A stretch of 57,735 bases of DNA from Candidatus Moraniibacteriota bacterium (GCA_038203255.1 JBBREE010000002.1:1-57735), one strand, 5' to 3'. Numbered from the stretch's first letter, positions 43,505-52,384 are shown. Translations and numbers: made by a program. The notes: generated by a model not told the origin, from the sequence alone.

Positions 43505-44071
43505 CTATTTCCCCGGCCCAATCTTCCCCATCATCTCATCCGTCTGCGCCATAAGTTTCTCAGCTGTTCCGTTATTGTTCATTTTGAAATCCGCTTGACG
43601 GCCAATTTCATGAATGGAAACTTCCGTGAGGCGTCCTTCTTCTTCCAAAAACTCTTCGAGTGTTGCCTCCCCTTCTCCGGCATTTTGTTTTCTGGCTCTG
43701 GTTCTTTCGTAGCGTAATTTCAAATCAGCTGTCACATAAACTAGAAAAAAATTCTTGCCAAATTTTTTGCGAAAAGGTTCCACGTCACCGTGCATCCTAA
43801 TGCCGTCCGCGATGATAATATCTGATCCTTTTTTTTCCATATCGGTAATCAAAGAATCAATAATGATGGACGGGCCATAACCTTCTTTTAAAACTAAAGC
43901 TAATTTCACCAAATTGTCCCGCGTGATTGGCACGTGGATGTCCTCCAAGGTTCTTCTTAGAATCTTAGAAGTTCCATAATGAATCGCCCCATATTTTTCA
44001 ATTAAATAATCGGAAACAGTCCCTTTTCCAGCTCCTTTTTCTCCAATCAGGCCAATAACAATTTTTTCCAT
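43505..44071 (-). CDS. P-loop nucleotide kinase (CoaE / dNMP-kinase-like), paralogue 2
   Basis: MEKIVIGLIGEKGAGKGT. The ATG at 44071 is preferred over the GTG at 44098. Confidence 0.55.
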   Translation of the reverse strand: MEKIVIGLIGEKGAGKGTVSDYLIEKYGAIHYGTSKILRRTLEDIHVPITRDNLVKLALVLKEGYGPSIIIDSLITDMEKKGSDIIIADGIRMHGDVEPFRKKFGKNFFLVYVTADLKLRYERTRARKQNAGEGEATLEEFLEEEGRLTEVSIHEIGRQADFKMNNNGTAEKLMAQTDEMMGKIGPGK

Positions 44072-44174
44072 ATTTGCAATTATTAGTCTTTTAAACACCC
44101 AATAATTCTAGCAATCTTTTTCGCTTTCGTCAATATAAAAAACCTGTTGTCACAGGTTTTTTCATAAAGATTGG

Positions 44175-44687
44175 CTAAAAAGACGGCTTTTGAACAAAGC
44201 TCCCCCGAGAAATTGGTTTGCCCGTAGCACTTGGAGAATTCAAGCCCCGCGTGCCAGAAGATTCTCTTTTGAGCGGAACAATTTTCCTTTCACTTCTCTC
44301 TTTTCGTTCTTTCCTTTCCATGAGCAAACTGACCGGGGCTGAAGCTGACTTTTTTTCCGGGGAAAAAATATATTTTTTTTCATACGTCCCGTTGAAAATT
44401 TGTCCGGCAATCTTTTGCGCCTCACTCTTATCAATGTTTTTGCCATGACCACTCCTAAAATATCCCAGAACTTTTCGCATATCCTCTTTCTTGACGTTTT
44501 TGCCACCCGTTTCCTCTTTAAGCACCGCAAAAAATTCTTTCCGTTCCACTGACTTATCCAAGGCTCCGGCAATAGTTTTGTTCTGCATTAGTCTTTTCAT
44601 AGCCTCACTTTTCTTCGCCATATATCCCAAATTCTTAGCCGTAAACATTGTGCCTTTGGGTAGGTTTTTTTTCATTTCCATTGCCAT
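44175..44687 (-). CDS. basic hypothetical protein (170 aa)
   Basis: ORF only. Confidence 0.45.
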   Translation of the reverse strand: MAMEMKKNLPKGTMFTAKNLGYMAKKSEAMKRLMQNKTIAGALDKSVERKEFFAVLKEETGGKNVKKEDMRKVLGYFRSGHGKNIDKSEAQKIAGQIFNGTYEKKYIFSPEKKSASAPVSLLMERKERKERSERKIVPLKRESSGTRGLNSPSATGKPISRGSFVQKPSF

Positions 44688-44775
44688 ATTTTTTTGCTTA
44701 TGTTTATTAGCCTAATTATAGCACAAAAAAAGCGCTCTCAGGCGCTTTTTATGCTAGATGCTATATAAAAGGATA

Positions 44776-45465
44776 TTACATACTCACTTTCAATCCAATC
44801 CCCATCGTTGAGCAAACACTCACGCGAACAACCAATTTACCTTTCGATTTAGCTGGTCTGAATTTTTCCAAACTGGATACAAAAGCTCTGATATTTTCCA
44901 CGAGTTTTGCGTCTTCAAAAGACAATTTTCCTACGGCTTGGTGAACAATCGCACCATTATCATTTTTAAAAGCTACCTTACCCTTTTTGAGAGCCGCTAC
45001 AGTTTCCTTAATCTTAGTAGTCACCGTTTCAGTTTTCGGGTTTGGCATAAGGCCTTTTGGTCCCAAAATTTTAGCCACCGGTCCAAGTTTCGGCATCATT
45101 TCCGGTGTCGCCACTAGAACATCAAAAGCCTCTTTCCCGGCAAACGCTTTACCTGATTTAATTTTTTCGATAAATTCTTCTCCTACCACTTCGTCCGCTC
45201 CGGCTTCCTTGGCGTCTTTAGCGTGAGTGCTGGTCATAACAACAATCCTTTTCGTCTTACCGGTACCGTGGGGCAATTCCATCGTTCCGCGTAACTGTTG
45301 GTCGGTCTTTTTCGGATCAACATTGGTCTTGATATGAACTTCTACTGTTTCATCAAATTTAGAAGTTTTATTCTCTTTCATCATCTTCACTGCTTCTTCC
45401 AAAGAATACACTTTGTCTTGATCTATTTTTTCTGCCACTGCTCGATATTTTTTTCCGTGTTTCAT
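44776..45465 (-). CDS. rplA: 50S ribosomal protein L1
   Basis: MKHGKKYRAVAEKID.., GTMELPHGTGK. The start ATG at 45465 was chosen. The track extension to 45516 reads through the GTAC palindrome. Confidence 0.9.
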   Translation of the reverse strand: MKHGKKYRAVAEKIDQDKVYSLEEAVKMMKENKTSKFDETVEVHIKTNVDPKKTDQQLRGTMELPHGTGKTKRIVVMTSTHAKDAKEAGADEVVGEEFIEKIKSGKAFAGKEAFDVLVATPEMMPKLGPVAKILGPKGLMPNPKTETVTTKIKETVAALKKGKVAFKNDNGAIVHQAVGKLSFEDAKLVENIRAFVSSLEKFRPAKSKGKLVVRVSVCSTMGIGLKVSM

Positions 45466-45487
45466 ATATTTTTGTGGTGCAAACGAT

Positions 45488-45507
45488 GTACGTACATATG
45501 TACGTAC
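45488..45507. repeat. 20-bp perfect palindrome GTACGTACATATGTACGTAC, 22 nt upstream of the rplA ATG
   Basis: Read directly. Confidence 0.9.
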
Positions 45508-45603
45508 TTCTCCCACTGATTAAATGTTACATCGTTTCACTTGTTATAGCTGTTCCATCGCTAACGCTTGTTATAATTGTCATTTAGAACATTTTCAACA
45601 TTC

Positions 45604-46029
45604 CTATCCTTCGATTTTAATTCCCATACTTCGAGCTGTCCCTCCAATGATTTTCATCGCTCCCTCTACATCGTTTGCGTTGAGATCAGGTAATTTCTTC
45701 TCAGCAATTTCTTTCAGTTGAGTTTGAGTAATTTTGCCCACTTTATCCTTCAAGGGATTGCCCGCACCCTTTTGCACACCAGCTGCTTTTCTGAGCAAAT
45801 CTGAAGCTGGAGGAGTTTTCAAAATAAAAGTAAAGGTGCGATCTTCAAAAACCGTGATTTCTGCCGGGATAATATCTCCCATCTTGTCCTTAGTTTGGTC
45901 ATTAAACTTTGTGCAAAATTCCTGAATATTAAGTCCGTGCTGACCCAAGGCTGGTCCCACTGGAGGAGCCGGGTTAGCTTTGCCTGCTTGAATTTGTAAT
46001 TTAATAACTGCTTTAATTTTCTTTGCCAT
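45604..46029 (-). CDS. rplK: 50S ribosomal protein L11
   Basis: [25 protein letters not shown]. Confidence 0.95.
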   Translation of the reverse strand: MAKKIKAVIKLQIQAGKANPAPPVGPALGQHGLNIQEFCTKFNDQTKDKMGDIIPAEITVFEDRTFTFILKTPPASDLLRKAAGVQKGAGNPLKDKVGKITQTQLKEIAEKKLPDLNANDVEGAMKIIGGTARSMGIKIEG

Positions 46030-46040
46030 ATTTGTAAATT

Positions 46041-46586
46041 TTATATCTTATTAATCTGCAAAAAGTCCAATTCCACTGGTGTTTCACGACCAAAAATAGA
46101 AACCAACACCTTAATCCTACCCTTTTCTTCATCCACTTTGTCAACCTTACCATCAAAATCCTTAAATGGTCCGTCGATGATTTTCACCGAGTCGCCATTT
46201 TCCACATCAATCTTATATTTCGGTTCAGCCACACCCATTCTTTTCTTCAAAAGTTCAATCTCAGCCGGGTCAACCGGAGTCGGGGTGGTTCCCAGACCAA
46301 TGAAGCCGGTGACGTTCGGGGTGTTTCGCACCACGTACCAAGAAGCATCCGTTACAATCATATTCACCAAGACATATCCCGGATAAATTCTTTCTTCCAC
46401 TACAGTCCTTTTGCCACTTTTAATTTTAATTTTCTTTTCAATCGGCACCATCACATCGAAAATCAATTCTTGCATATCCATTGATTCGATTCTTTGCTTC
46501 AAGTTTCTGGACACATTGTCCTCATAGCCGGAATAGGTGTGTAGGACATACCACGCGCGTCCATGATGTTGTGTTTGCTTTGCCAT
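46041..46586 (-). CDS. nusG: transcription termination/antitermination factor NusG
   Basis: [11 protein letters not shown].., KOW motif [18 protein letters not shown]. Confidence 0.9.
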   Translation of the reverse strand: MAKQTQHHGRAWYVLHTYSGYEDNVSRNLKQRIESMDMQELIFDVMVPIEKKIKIKSGKRTVVEERIYPGYVLVNMIVTDASWYVVRNTPNVTGFIGLGTTPTPVDPAEIELLKKRMGVAEPKYKIDVENGDSVKIIDGPFKDFDGKVDKVDEEKGRIKVLVSIFGRETPVELDFLQINKI

Positions 46587-46596
46587 AATTGCTTTA

Positions 46597-46782
46597 TTAT
46601 TTTAATACGAACGTCTTAAGTAGCATTTCAAAAATCCAATCCAGAGAACCTAAAAATATGGCGGTTGCCACACTAATACCGATAACTACTAGTGTGTAGT
46701 TAATGGTTTGTTCTTTGGTTGGCCAATTGACTTTCAAAAGTTCCGCTCTGGCATCTTTTAAAAATTGAGTGATTTTATCCAT
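46597..46782 (-). CDS. secE: preprotein translocase subunit SecE
   Basis: 61 aa; EL.KV.WPT..Q pattern plus a single TM; position upstream of nusG. Confidence 0.8.
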   Translation of the reverse strand: MDKITQFLKDARAELLKVNWPTKEQTINYTLVVIGISVATAIFLGSLDWIFEMLLKTFVLK

Positions 46783-46893
46783 ATTTTGAGCTTTTTTAAA
46801 AGCCCCTCTGGGCTTTTTCTTTATTTAATACTATATTATTTTCTAATTTATGTCAATGGGGTGGGTATATCTTAAAAAATAACGACGGGGAAT

Positions 46894-46936
46894 CAAATAA
46901 AAATGGATTCTGGCGAAGATATTTCACCAGAATCCA
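46894..46936 (-). terminator. rho-independent terminator
   Basis: TGGATTCTGG-13 nt-CCAGAATCCA, then TTTTTATTTG on the minus strand. Confidence 0.7.
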
Positions 46937-46957
46937 TAAGGCGTGGACGGAAAATCC

Positions 46958-47158
46958 CTATTTTATAACCAAGAGATTATCTTTTGACCCGTTAGGGGTA
47001 AGGCAGTCGTAAACCCACGCTACCTGCTGATGGCTAAAGACACCGGCTTGATCTTTCTCACTTCTTTTCTTGGCACACTGCGTGCAGGCGGATAAATTTC
47101 CTTCATTTTGACAAAAAGAGCAAGTGGCATCTAGATAAATCAATTTATTATTCTCCAT
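46958..47158 (-). CDS. small Cys-rich hypothetical protein (66 aa)
   Basis: CSFC..C..C pattern. ORF only. Confidence 0.4.
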   Translation of the reverse strand: MENNKLIYLDATCSFCQNEGNLSACTQCAKKRSEKDQAGVFSHQQVAWVYDCLTPNGSKDNLLVIK

Positions 47159-47239
47159 CTTTAGACCCCATCCGGTTGAGATTATTCAAAGGTACTGCTT
47201 TTTTTCTTAGCTACACCATAGCACTAATCAACAAAAAAA

Positions 47240-47737
47240 TCAAGCACTTTCCGGCGCGTCTTTGATTCTTTTGTATTCCACCCAAGTCAAAAGAATAACC
47301 AAGATGTCTAAAATAGTCAGTGCGAACATAAAGACGGAGTGATTAAGGAGAAAGCGATAGATCTGATAAATTGTAAAAGCGGTGAAAAAACCAATGGCTG
47401 TCGGATAGGCCCATAGTTTTTTCTCCCACAAATTAACCACTAAAAAAATTTTTATGAGGCCGTGCGCGAGTAGATATATAATGCCAAAAAGCTGAGCATC
47501 GTGGGAAAAATTTTGCGCAACATGCAAAAAATAGTTGGCCACCAAATCATTTGGATCCTGACTCAATTCTTCCTGCGTGAAGTATGTCACCAGGCGACTG
47601 AGATTAGCCGGACTGGCAAAAATCAAAAGCACCGCGCCGACGGTTTCCAGCACGCCATTAATCAGTTTTAATGTCACCCCGGCTTCAAAAGCTTCATGGG
47701 CGAACTTATTAGTTTTAAGAAAATCCCAAATTTTCAT
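47240..47737 (-). CDS. DUF2127 family membrane protein
   Basis: 165 aa; four hydrophobic spans; N-terminal FEAGVTLKLINGVLETVGAVLLIF. Confidence 0.6.
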   Translation of the reverse strand: MKIWDFLKTNKFAHEAFEAGVTLKLINGVLETVGAVLLIFASPANLSRLVTYFTQEELSQDPNDLVANYFLHVAQNFSHDAQLFGIIYLLAHGLIKIFLVVNLWEKKLWAYPTAIGFFTAFTIYQIYRFLLNHSVFMFALTILDILVILLTWVEYKRIKDAPESA

Positions 47738-47742
47738 CTAAG

Positions 47743-48141
47743 TTATTTCAGCATATTAAAATGTTTCAGTGTTGGCAAAATATTAGGGGCCAAGTTTTCT
47801 TCTTCCAAATCCTCTAGCGAAATCCACTTCCAAGCACGTATTCCCTCTCCTGGCGTAATTTCTCCAATCCTCTTGGCCAAGTAGTGCACCAAAATCACGT
47901 CAAGTTTTCCTGCCGGAGTTTCTTTTTCAGTATACATAAAAAACGGAGGATCGGTCGAAATCTCAATTTCAATCCCCAATTCTTCCTTAACTCTTCTTCT
48001 GGCAATATCTTCCAGGCCCTCGGATTCATCCATCGCCCGTCCCCCACAAAACTTCCAAAAATCAGTATCGCCATGCTGATCCAAAAGAACCATTCCATCC
48101 TCCACAATCACCGGCCCCGAAGCAACTATAATTTTAGGCAT
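47743..48141 (-). CDS. NUDIX hydrolase
   Basis: Nudix box GGRAMDESEGLEDIARRRVKEELGI. Confidence 0.8.
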   Translation of the reverse strand: MPKIIVASGPVIVEDGMVLLDQHGDTDFWKFCGGRAMDESEGLEDIARRRVKEELGIEIEISTDPPFFMYTEKETPAGKLDVILVHYLAKRIGEITPGEGIRAWKWISLEDLEEENLAPNILPTLKHFNMLK

Positions 48142-48174
48142 AGTTTTTTTATTAAAAATATTAATTAAATTTCT

Positions 48175-48200
48175 GTCATTCCCACGCAGGCGGGAATGAC
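48175..48200. repeat. 26-nt hairpin repeat GTCATTCCC-acgcaggc-GGGAATGAC (intergenic)
   Basis: Perfect 9-bp stem read directly; the same family as the units inside rnhB. Confidence 0.8.
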
Positions 48201-48222
48201 AAAGGATGTTTTCTTATCTTAA

Positions 48223-49854
48223 TTATAATACTTTTGCCATGTAGCTATCTTTCAATTTATACCCATTCTTCCGATAATACCCCCGCACGCCTACGCCTGA
48301 AATGACCGCAATTTTTTTGAGTCCAAATTCTTCGCGTGTAATCCTTTCCGCTTCTGTTAATAATTTTCTACCCAGCCCGATGTGTTGCGGACCCGCCTGC
48401 AACGCTTCGCGTAGCGATGCGGGCAGGAAATTTTCATCTTTCTTATCAATCCCCATCAACTTCCCATAAGTATGTACTTCGCGAATTATGGCCGCCTCTC
48501 TTAAAGCTGGAATAAAATGATCATCATTATTTTCCGATGGAATTCGAAGTCTTAGAAGAGCAAACAATTTCTTCTTATCAGGAGAAATAAATTGCAGAAA
48601 AATCTCCTGTCCGTCGTTAGCTCTATAAACAATCTTATCTAATATTATTTTTTCTTGAGTATCATAAACTGATCGCACTTCTCGACACCGGATGCATTGG
48701 CAAAGAGATTTCTTTGCAATAAGTTGTCTGAGGTTGGAAACGCGTGGTCCCGCCAAAATAGAAGTCTCGGGCACGTCGCGCACCAGTCTCGCAATCCTAA
48801 CATAGGGCGGGATGAGATTTTTCTTGACCCGAATAATGAATCTTTCAAACGCTTTGTCTTCCAAGGCCTGGTATTCCCCTTTTTTCCACATCGAGCAAAG
48901 CTTCGTCCCTTTCGTCACAACTGTTGGATAAATTTTGAGCATATCCGGCTGAAAACTTTCACTGCTAAACAATTTTTTAAACATCTGATAATCTCTTTTC
49001 AAATCAGATCCGGGGAGCCCCGGCATAATGTGATAATTTATTTTGAACCCGGCGTCTTTCAAGAGTTTTGTAGCTTCAATAGTCTTTTTAATTCCGTGCC
49101 CGCGACGGTTAATTTCCAAAACATCATCGTAGACGCTTTGCACGCCAAGTTCCACCCGCGTGCATCCCAAGCGCCTGAAATTTAAAATTTCTTTTTCATC
49201 AATATAGTCCGGGCGCGTTTCCAGCGTAAGCCCGATAATCCGACAATGAGCTTTTTCATTTTTCTTTTGTTCTTTTTGCAGGATATCCAAATCGGTACCC
49301 ACGTGAGTACCTTTCTTTTTTTTCGGATAATCATTACACGCCCGAAAACATTCAGAGATAAATTTATTTTGATAGTTTTTCGGCAAATAGGAGAAAGTTC
49401 CGCCCATCACAATCAGTTCAATTTTTTCCACCGAGTGACCATTGAGCTCCAAGGCTTTGAGACGATTTTGCACCTGGGCATATGGATTGAAGTGCGCCGA
49501 AATGGCCCGCATCACAGCCGGTTCATTAGACAAATAGCTCTTAGGCATTTCCTTTTCCGTTGGACAATAAATGCACTTCCCAGGGCACGGATAACTTTTG
49601 GTGAGAACAGCCACCACCGCCACCCCCGATTCTGTTCTGATGCATTTACTGAAAAGTTTTTTCTCAAATTCGAGACTGCGCCTGATTTCACCTTTTGCCA
49701 CCATCTTTTCATAGGCCTCCCGAATATCCGGATTAGTTGGCGGTTGAACACCCAGAATCTTGCAAATGTCTTTTTTAAGACGCGCAAAATCCAACTTCCC
49801 CTGAGAAATACCCGCCATAGCCATTTTTATAAATTCCGAGTTTACTTTTTGCAT
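48223..49854 (-). CDS. Elp3-like radical SAM / GNAT acetyltransferase fusion (tRNA U34 modification type)
   Basis: 543 aa; CPGKCIYCP radical SAM cluster; C-terminal GNAT with QHIGLGRKLL. Confidence 0.8.
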   Translation of the reverse strand: MQKVNSEFIKMAMAGISQGKLDFARLKKDICKILGVQPPTNPDIREAYEKMVAKGEIRRSLEFEKKLFSKCIRTESGVAVVAVLTKSYPCPGKCIYCPTEKEMPKSYLSNEPAVMRAISAHFNPYAQVQNRLKALELNGHSVEKIELIVMGGTFSYLPKNYQNKFISECFRACNDYPKKKKGTHVGTDLDILQKEQKKNEKAHCRIIGLTLETRPDYIDEKEILNFRRLGCTRVELGVQSVYDDVLEINRRGHGIKKTIEATKLLKDAGFKINYHIMPGLPGSDLKRDYQMFKKLFSSESFQPDMLKIYPTVVTKGTKLCSMWKKGEYQALEDKAFERFIIRVKKNLIPPYVRIARLVRDVPETSILAGPRVSNLRQLIAKKSLCQCIRCREVRSVYDTQEKIILDKIVYRANDGQEIFLQFISPDKKKLFALLRLRIPSENNDDHFIPALREAAIIREVHTYGKLMGIDKKDENFLPASLREALQAGPQHIGLGRKLLTEAERITREEFGLKKIAVISGVGVRGYYRKNGYKLKDSYMAKVL

Positions 49855-49903
49855 ATAATAAAGATTAGGCCATTAGGACACATTATGCAAGCATCTATCA
49901 GAG

Positions 49904-49946
49904 CCTAAAACCGAGTTTTAGGAAATTCCTAAAACTCGGTTTTAGG
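49904..49946. repeat. 43-bp compound palindrome: CCTAAAACCGAGTTTTAGG-AAATT-CCTAAAACTCGGTTTTAGG
   Basis: Read directly. It lies in the divergent region between Elp3 and the methyltransferase. Confidence 0.85.
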
Positions 49947-49952
49947 CGCGAG

Positions 49953-49981
49953 TTGAACTTATGCCTAAGCCTTGCTATACT
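49953..49981 (+). promoter_or_regulatory. promoter TTGAAC-N17-TATACT, placing the TSS at or next to the methyltransferase ATG (leaderless)
   Basis: Read directly; the -10 ends 8 nt before the ATG at 49990. Confidence 0.5.
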
Positions 49982-49989
49982 TCTCCTAT

Positions 49990-50685
49990 ATGAAAAATGG
50001 AACACGAACAAAAATATTAGCCGGCATCGAAAAAGGCTACGACCAAATGGCGGAAAAATTCTCCGGGACACGCTGTTTTTTTTGGCCTGATTTAAATTTT
50101 ATCAAAGACGAAGTTACTTCGGGCAGTCGAGTGCTTGATTTTGGTTGTGGGAATGGACGCCTCTTAAATATCTTAAAAGAAAAAAACATTCAATATTTCG
50201 GCGTGGACGTTTCACAAAAATTAGTCAATCTAGCCAAAGAGAAATATCCGCAATTCTCCGGAAACATTACCAAAAATTCCGGAGAGGCCAAGTTAGATTT
50301 TCCTAATGGTTTTTTTGACGCGGTGATTTCCGTAGCCGTTTTTCACCATCTGCCAGACAAAAATTTCCGCTTGGAAACAGCGAAAGAACTTTACCGCCTT
50401 ACTGCGCCCGGTGGTAGAATAATCATCACTACTTGGAATTTGTGGCAAAAAAAATATCGCCGTTATATCTGGAAAAATATAGTCAGAAAAATATTTTTTC
50501 AAGGTAAGCTGGATTTTTTCGATTGTGAAATTCCTTTCAAAAATAATGCCGGCGAAAGTTTTTTGCGCTTTCATCATGCCTACACTTTGCGAGAATTAAA
50601 CAGTCTTTTCAAAGAAGCCGGTTTTTCTGAAATAGAAACAAAAATAGTAAACGGCAAGAACCTGGTTTTAATTGGGAAAAAATAA
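49990..50685 (+). CDS. class I SAM-dependent methyltransferase
   Basis: VLDFGCGNGRL motif I. The ATG at 49990 is preferred over the TTG at 49972. Confidence 0.75.
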   Translation: MKNGTRTKILAGIEKGYDQMAEKFSGTRCFFWPDLNFIKDEVTSGSRVLDFGCGNGRLLNILKEKNIQYFGVDVSQKLVNLAKEKYPQFSGNITKNSGEAKLDFPNGFFDAVISVAVFHHLPDKNFRLETAKELYRLTAPGGRIIITTWNLWQKKYRRYIWKNIVRKIFFQGKLDFFDCEIPFKNNAGESFLRFHHAYTLRELNSLFKEAGFSEIETKIVNGKNLVLIGKK

Positions 50686-50759
50686 GCAAATATGGACAAA
50701 TTTTTTCTTTCGTGTATAATAGTTTCTAGTTGCCCATAGCACCTATTTTTATTGTTTTT

Positions 50760-50832
50760 GGGCCCTTAGCTCATTTGGTAGAGCACCTGCTTTGCAAGCA
50801 GGGGGTGATCGGTTCGAGCCCGATAGGGTCCA
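50760..50832 (+). tRNA. tRNA-Ala (anticodon TGC)
   Basis: Cloverleaf read by hand: acceptor GGGCCCT/AGGGTCC with G3:U70, anticodon loop CTTTGCAAG, TPsiC GGTTCGAGCC, A73, no encoded CCA. Confidence 0.9.
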
Positions 50833-50835
50833 CAT

Positions 50836-50909
50836 GGGCGCATAGCTCAGTTGGTTAGAGCGCGTCACTGATAATGACGAGGTCCCAAGTTCGAATCTTG
50901 GTGCGCCCA
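50836..50909 (+). tRNA. tRNA-Ile (anticodon GAT)
   Basis: Acceptor GGGCGCA/TGCGCCC, anticodon stem CGTCA/TGACG with loop CTGATAA, TPsiC GTTCGAATC, A73, no encoded CCA. Confidence 0.9.
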
Positions 50910-50911
50910 CT

Positions 50912-50945
50912 AAAAAATCCCCTTATGGGGATTTTTGTTTTTTTT
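50912..50945 (+). terminator. rho-independent terminator after the tRNA pair
   Basis: AAAAATCCCC-TTAT-GGGGATTTTT, then GTTTTTTTT. Confidence 0.8.
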
Positions 50946-50986
50946 GGAAGGTGTATTTTAAAAGATACCACTACAGGTGCCCGAAA

Positions 50987-52384
50987 CTATTTCAATTTTT
51001 TCACTATCCCCCTAAATTTATCTCCACGATCAATTTCATTGTTAAAAAGTCCGAAGCTAGCTGCTCCAGGAGAAAGCAAAATAACATCACCCTTTTCTGC
51101 TACTGACCTAGTCAAATCGACTGCCTTTTCCATCGTTTCTACAATTTCAAAACTTTGATTAGCTTTAACGCCATCAATTTTCTTCAGCGCTGAAATTATT
51201 TTTTCTGTCCCTGCTCCCTTTAAAAAAACCACTTCTTTAACTGAACTGTGGATGGCTTTTGCCAAATCAGTCATTTCCAGGTTTTTGTCTGATCCTCCAG
51301 CGATTAGAATAATTGGTTCTGAAAAAGATTTAATTCCGCAAACTGCCGCTTCCGGCATAGTAGCGGCTGAATCATTCACATATTTAACACCATTAAACTC
51401 TCTAACCATTTCCAAACGATGTGGCACTCCGCGAAAGTCGACTATGGTCTTTTTGATAATGAGCAAACTTACACCGACAGCGATTCCCGTCGCGGCGGCG
51501 GCTAAAATATTTTCCAGATTATGCTCCCCTTTTAATTTTATCTCAGCCACTTCTAAAATTTTCTTTTCATCTATACCATCATTATAATAGACTGCTCCGT
51601 TTTCAACATACACTCCACGCTCATTTTCTAATTTATTTTTAGAAAATTTAATGAGGCGTGATTTTATCTCAGCAGAGAACCCCACTACGATTTCATTATC
51701 ATTTGAAATCACACAACTATTTTCCTTTTTCTGATAAAGACAGATATTTTTCTTATCATTAATATAAGCTTCCATCGATTTATAATAATTCAAATGATCC
51801 GGATAGATGTTGGTTATGACGGCGATAGCAGGCGAAAGCTTAGCCCGTTCCAAAGCGGAAAGTCGCCAGCTGGAAAGCTCAAAAACCACAATAGTGTCTT
51901 TTTTAAGATCCTTGATTTTATCCAAAACGGAAGTTTGACCGATCCCAACTTTCAATGTATTTTTTCCAGCCGAAACTAAAATTTCACTTATTAAACTCGC
52001 GGTAGTAGTTTTACCTTTTGTCCCTGTCACGCCAATAATAATATTTTTGCAAAATTTAAAAAACAAACTGGAATCCATTTCGACCGGAATTTTTTTTTCC
52101 AAAGCTAATTGGATATATTTATTTGTCCAAGGAACAGCCGGGTTTTTAACGATCATATCAGCCACTATGAAATTTTCCGGACGATGCTGACCAAAAACAT
52201 ACTTAATATCCTTTAAGTCTTTCAGTTTTTCCAAGGATGGCGCCAGTTCCTCTTTGGATTTTATCTCAGTAACAGTCACAATTGCGCCCAGTGACGCCAA
52301 AAAACGAACGGTGCCCACTGCACCGCCATGAAGTCCTAATCCCATCACTGTAATCTTTTTTCCTCTCAAATCCTCTCTTTTCAT
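50987..52384 (-). CDS. murD: UDP-N-acetylmuramoyl-L-alanine--D-glutamate ligase
   Basis: KKITVMGLGLHGG.., GVTGTKGKTTT, Mur ligase C-terminal domain. The ATG at 52384 is preferred over the GTG at 52396. Confidence 0.88.
   Translation of the reverse strand: MKREDLRGKKITVMGLGLHGGAVGTVRFLASLGAIVTVTEIKSKEELAPSLEKLKDLKDIKYVFGQHRPENFIVADMIVKNPAVPWTNKYIQLALEKKIPVEMDSSLFFKFCKNIIIGVTGTKGKTTTASLISEILVSAGKNTLKVGIGQTSVLDKIKDLKKDTIVVFELSSWRLSALERAKLSPAIAVITNIYPDHLNYYKSMEAYINDKKNICLYQKKENSCVISNDNEIVVGFSAEIKSRLIKFSKNKLENERGVYVENGAVYYNDGIDEKKILEVAEIKLKGEHNLENILAAAATGIAVGVSLLIIKKTIVDFRGVPHRLEMVREFNGVKYVNDSAATMPEAAVCGIKSFSEPIILIAGGSDKNLEMTDLAKAIHSSVKEVVFLKGAGTEKIISALKKIDGVKANQSFEIVETMEKAVDLTRSVAEKGDVILLSPGAASFGLFNNEIDRGDKFRGIVKKLK

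Noticed and set aside
44776-45516. The track start for rplA at 45516, which adds MGEVRTYVRTSFAPQKY.
   Set aside because: The extension is a translation of the GTAC palindrome. L1 proteins begin near MKHGKKY.., and the ATG at 45465 fits that.
46783-46957. The expected rpmG and/or tRNA-Trp upstream of secE.
   Set aside because: No tRNA cloverleaf and no L33-like small ORF could be read there. Only two terminator-like hairpins are present.
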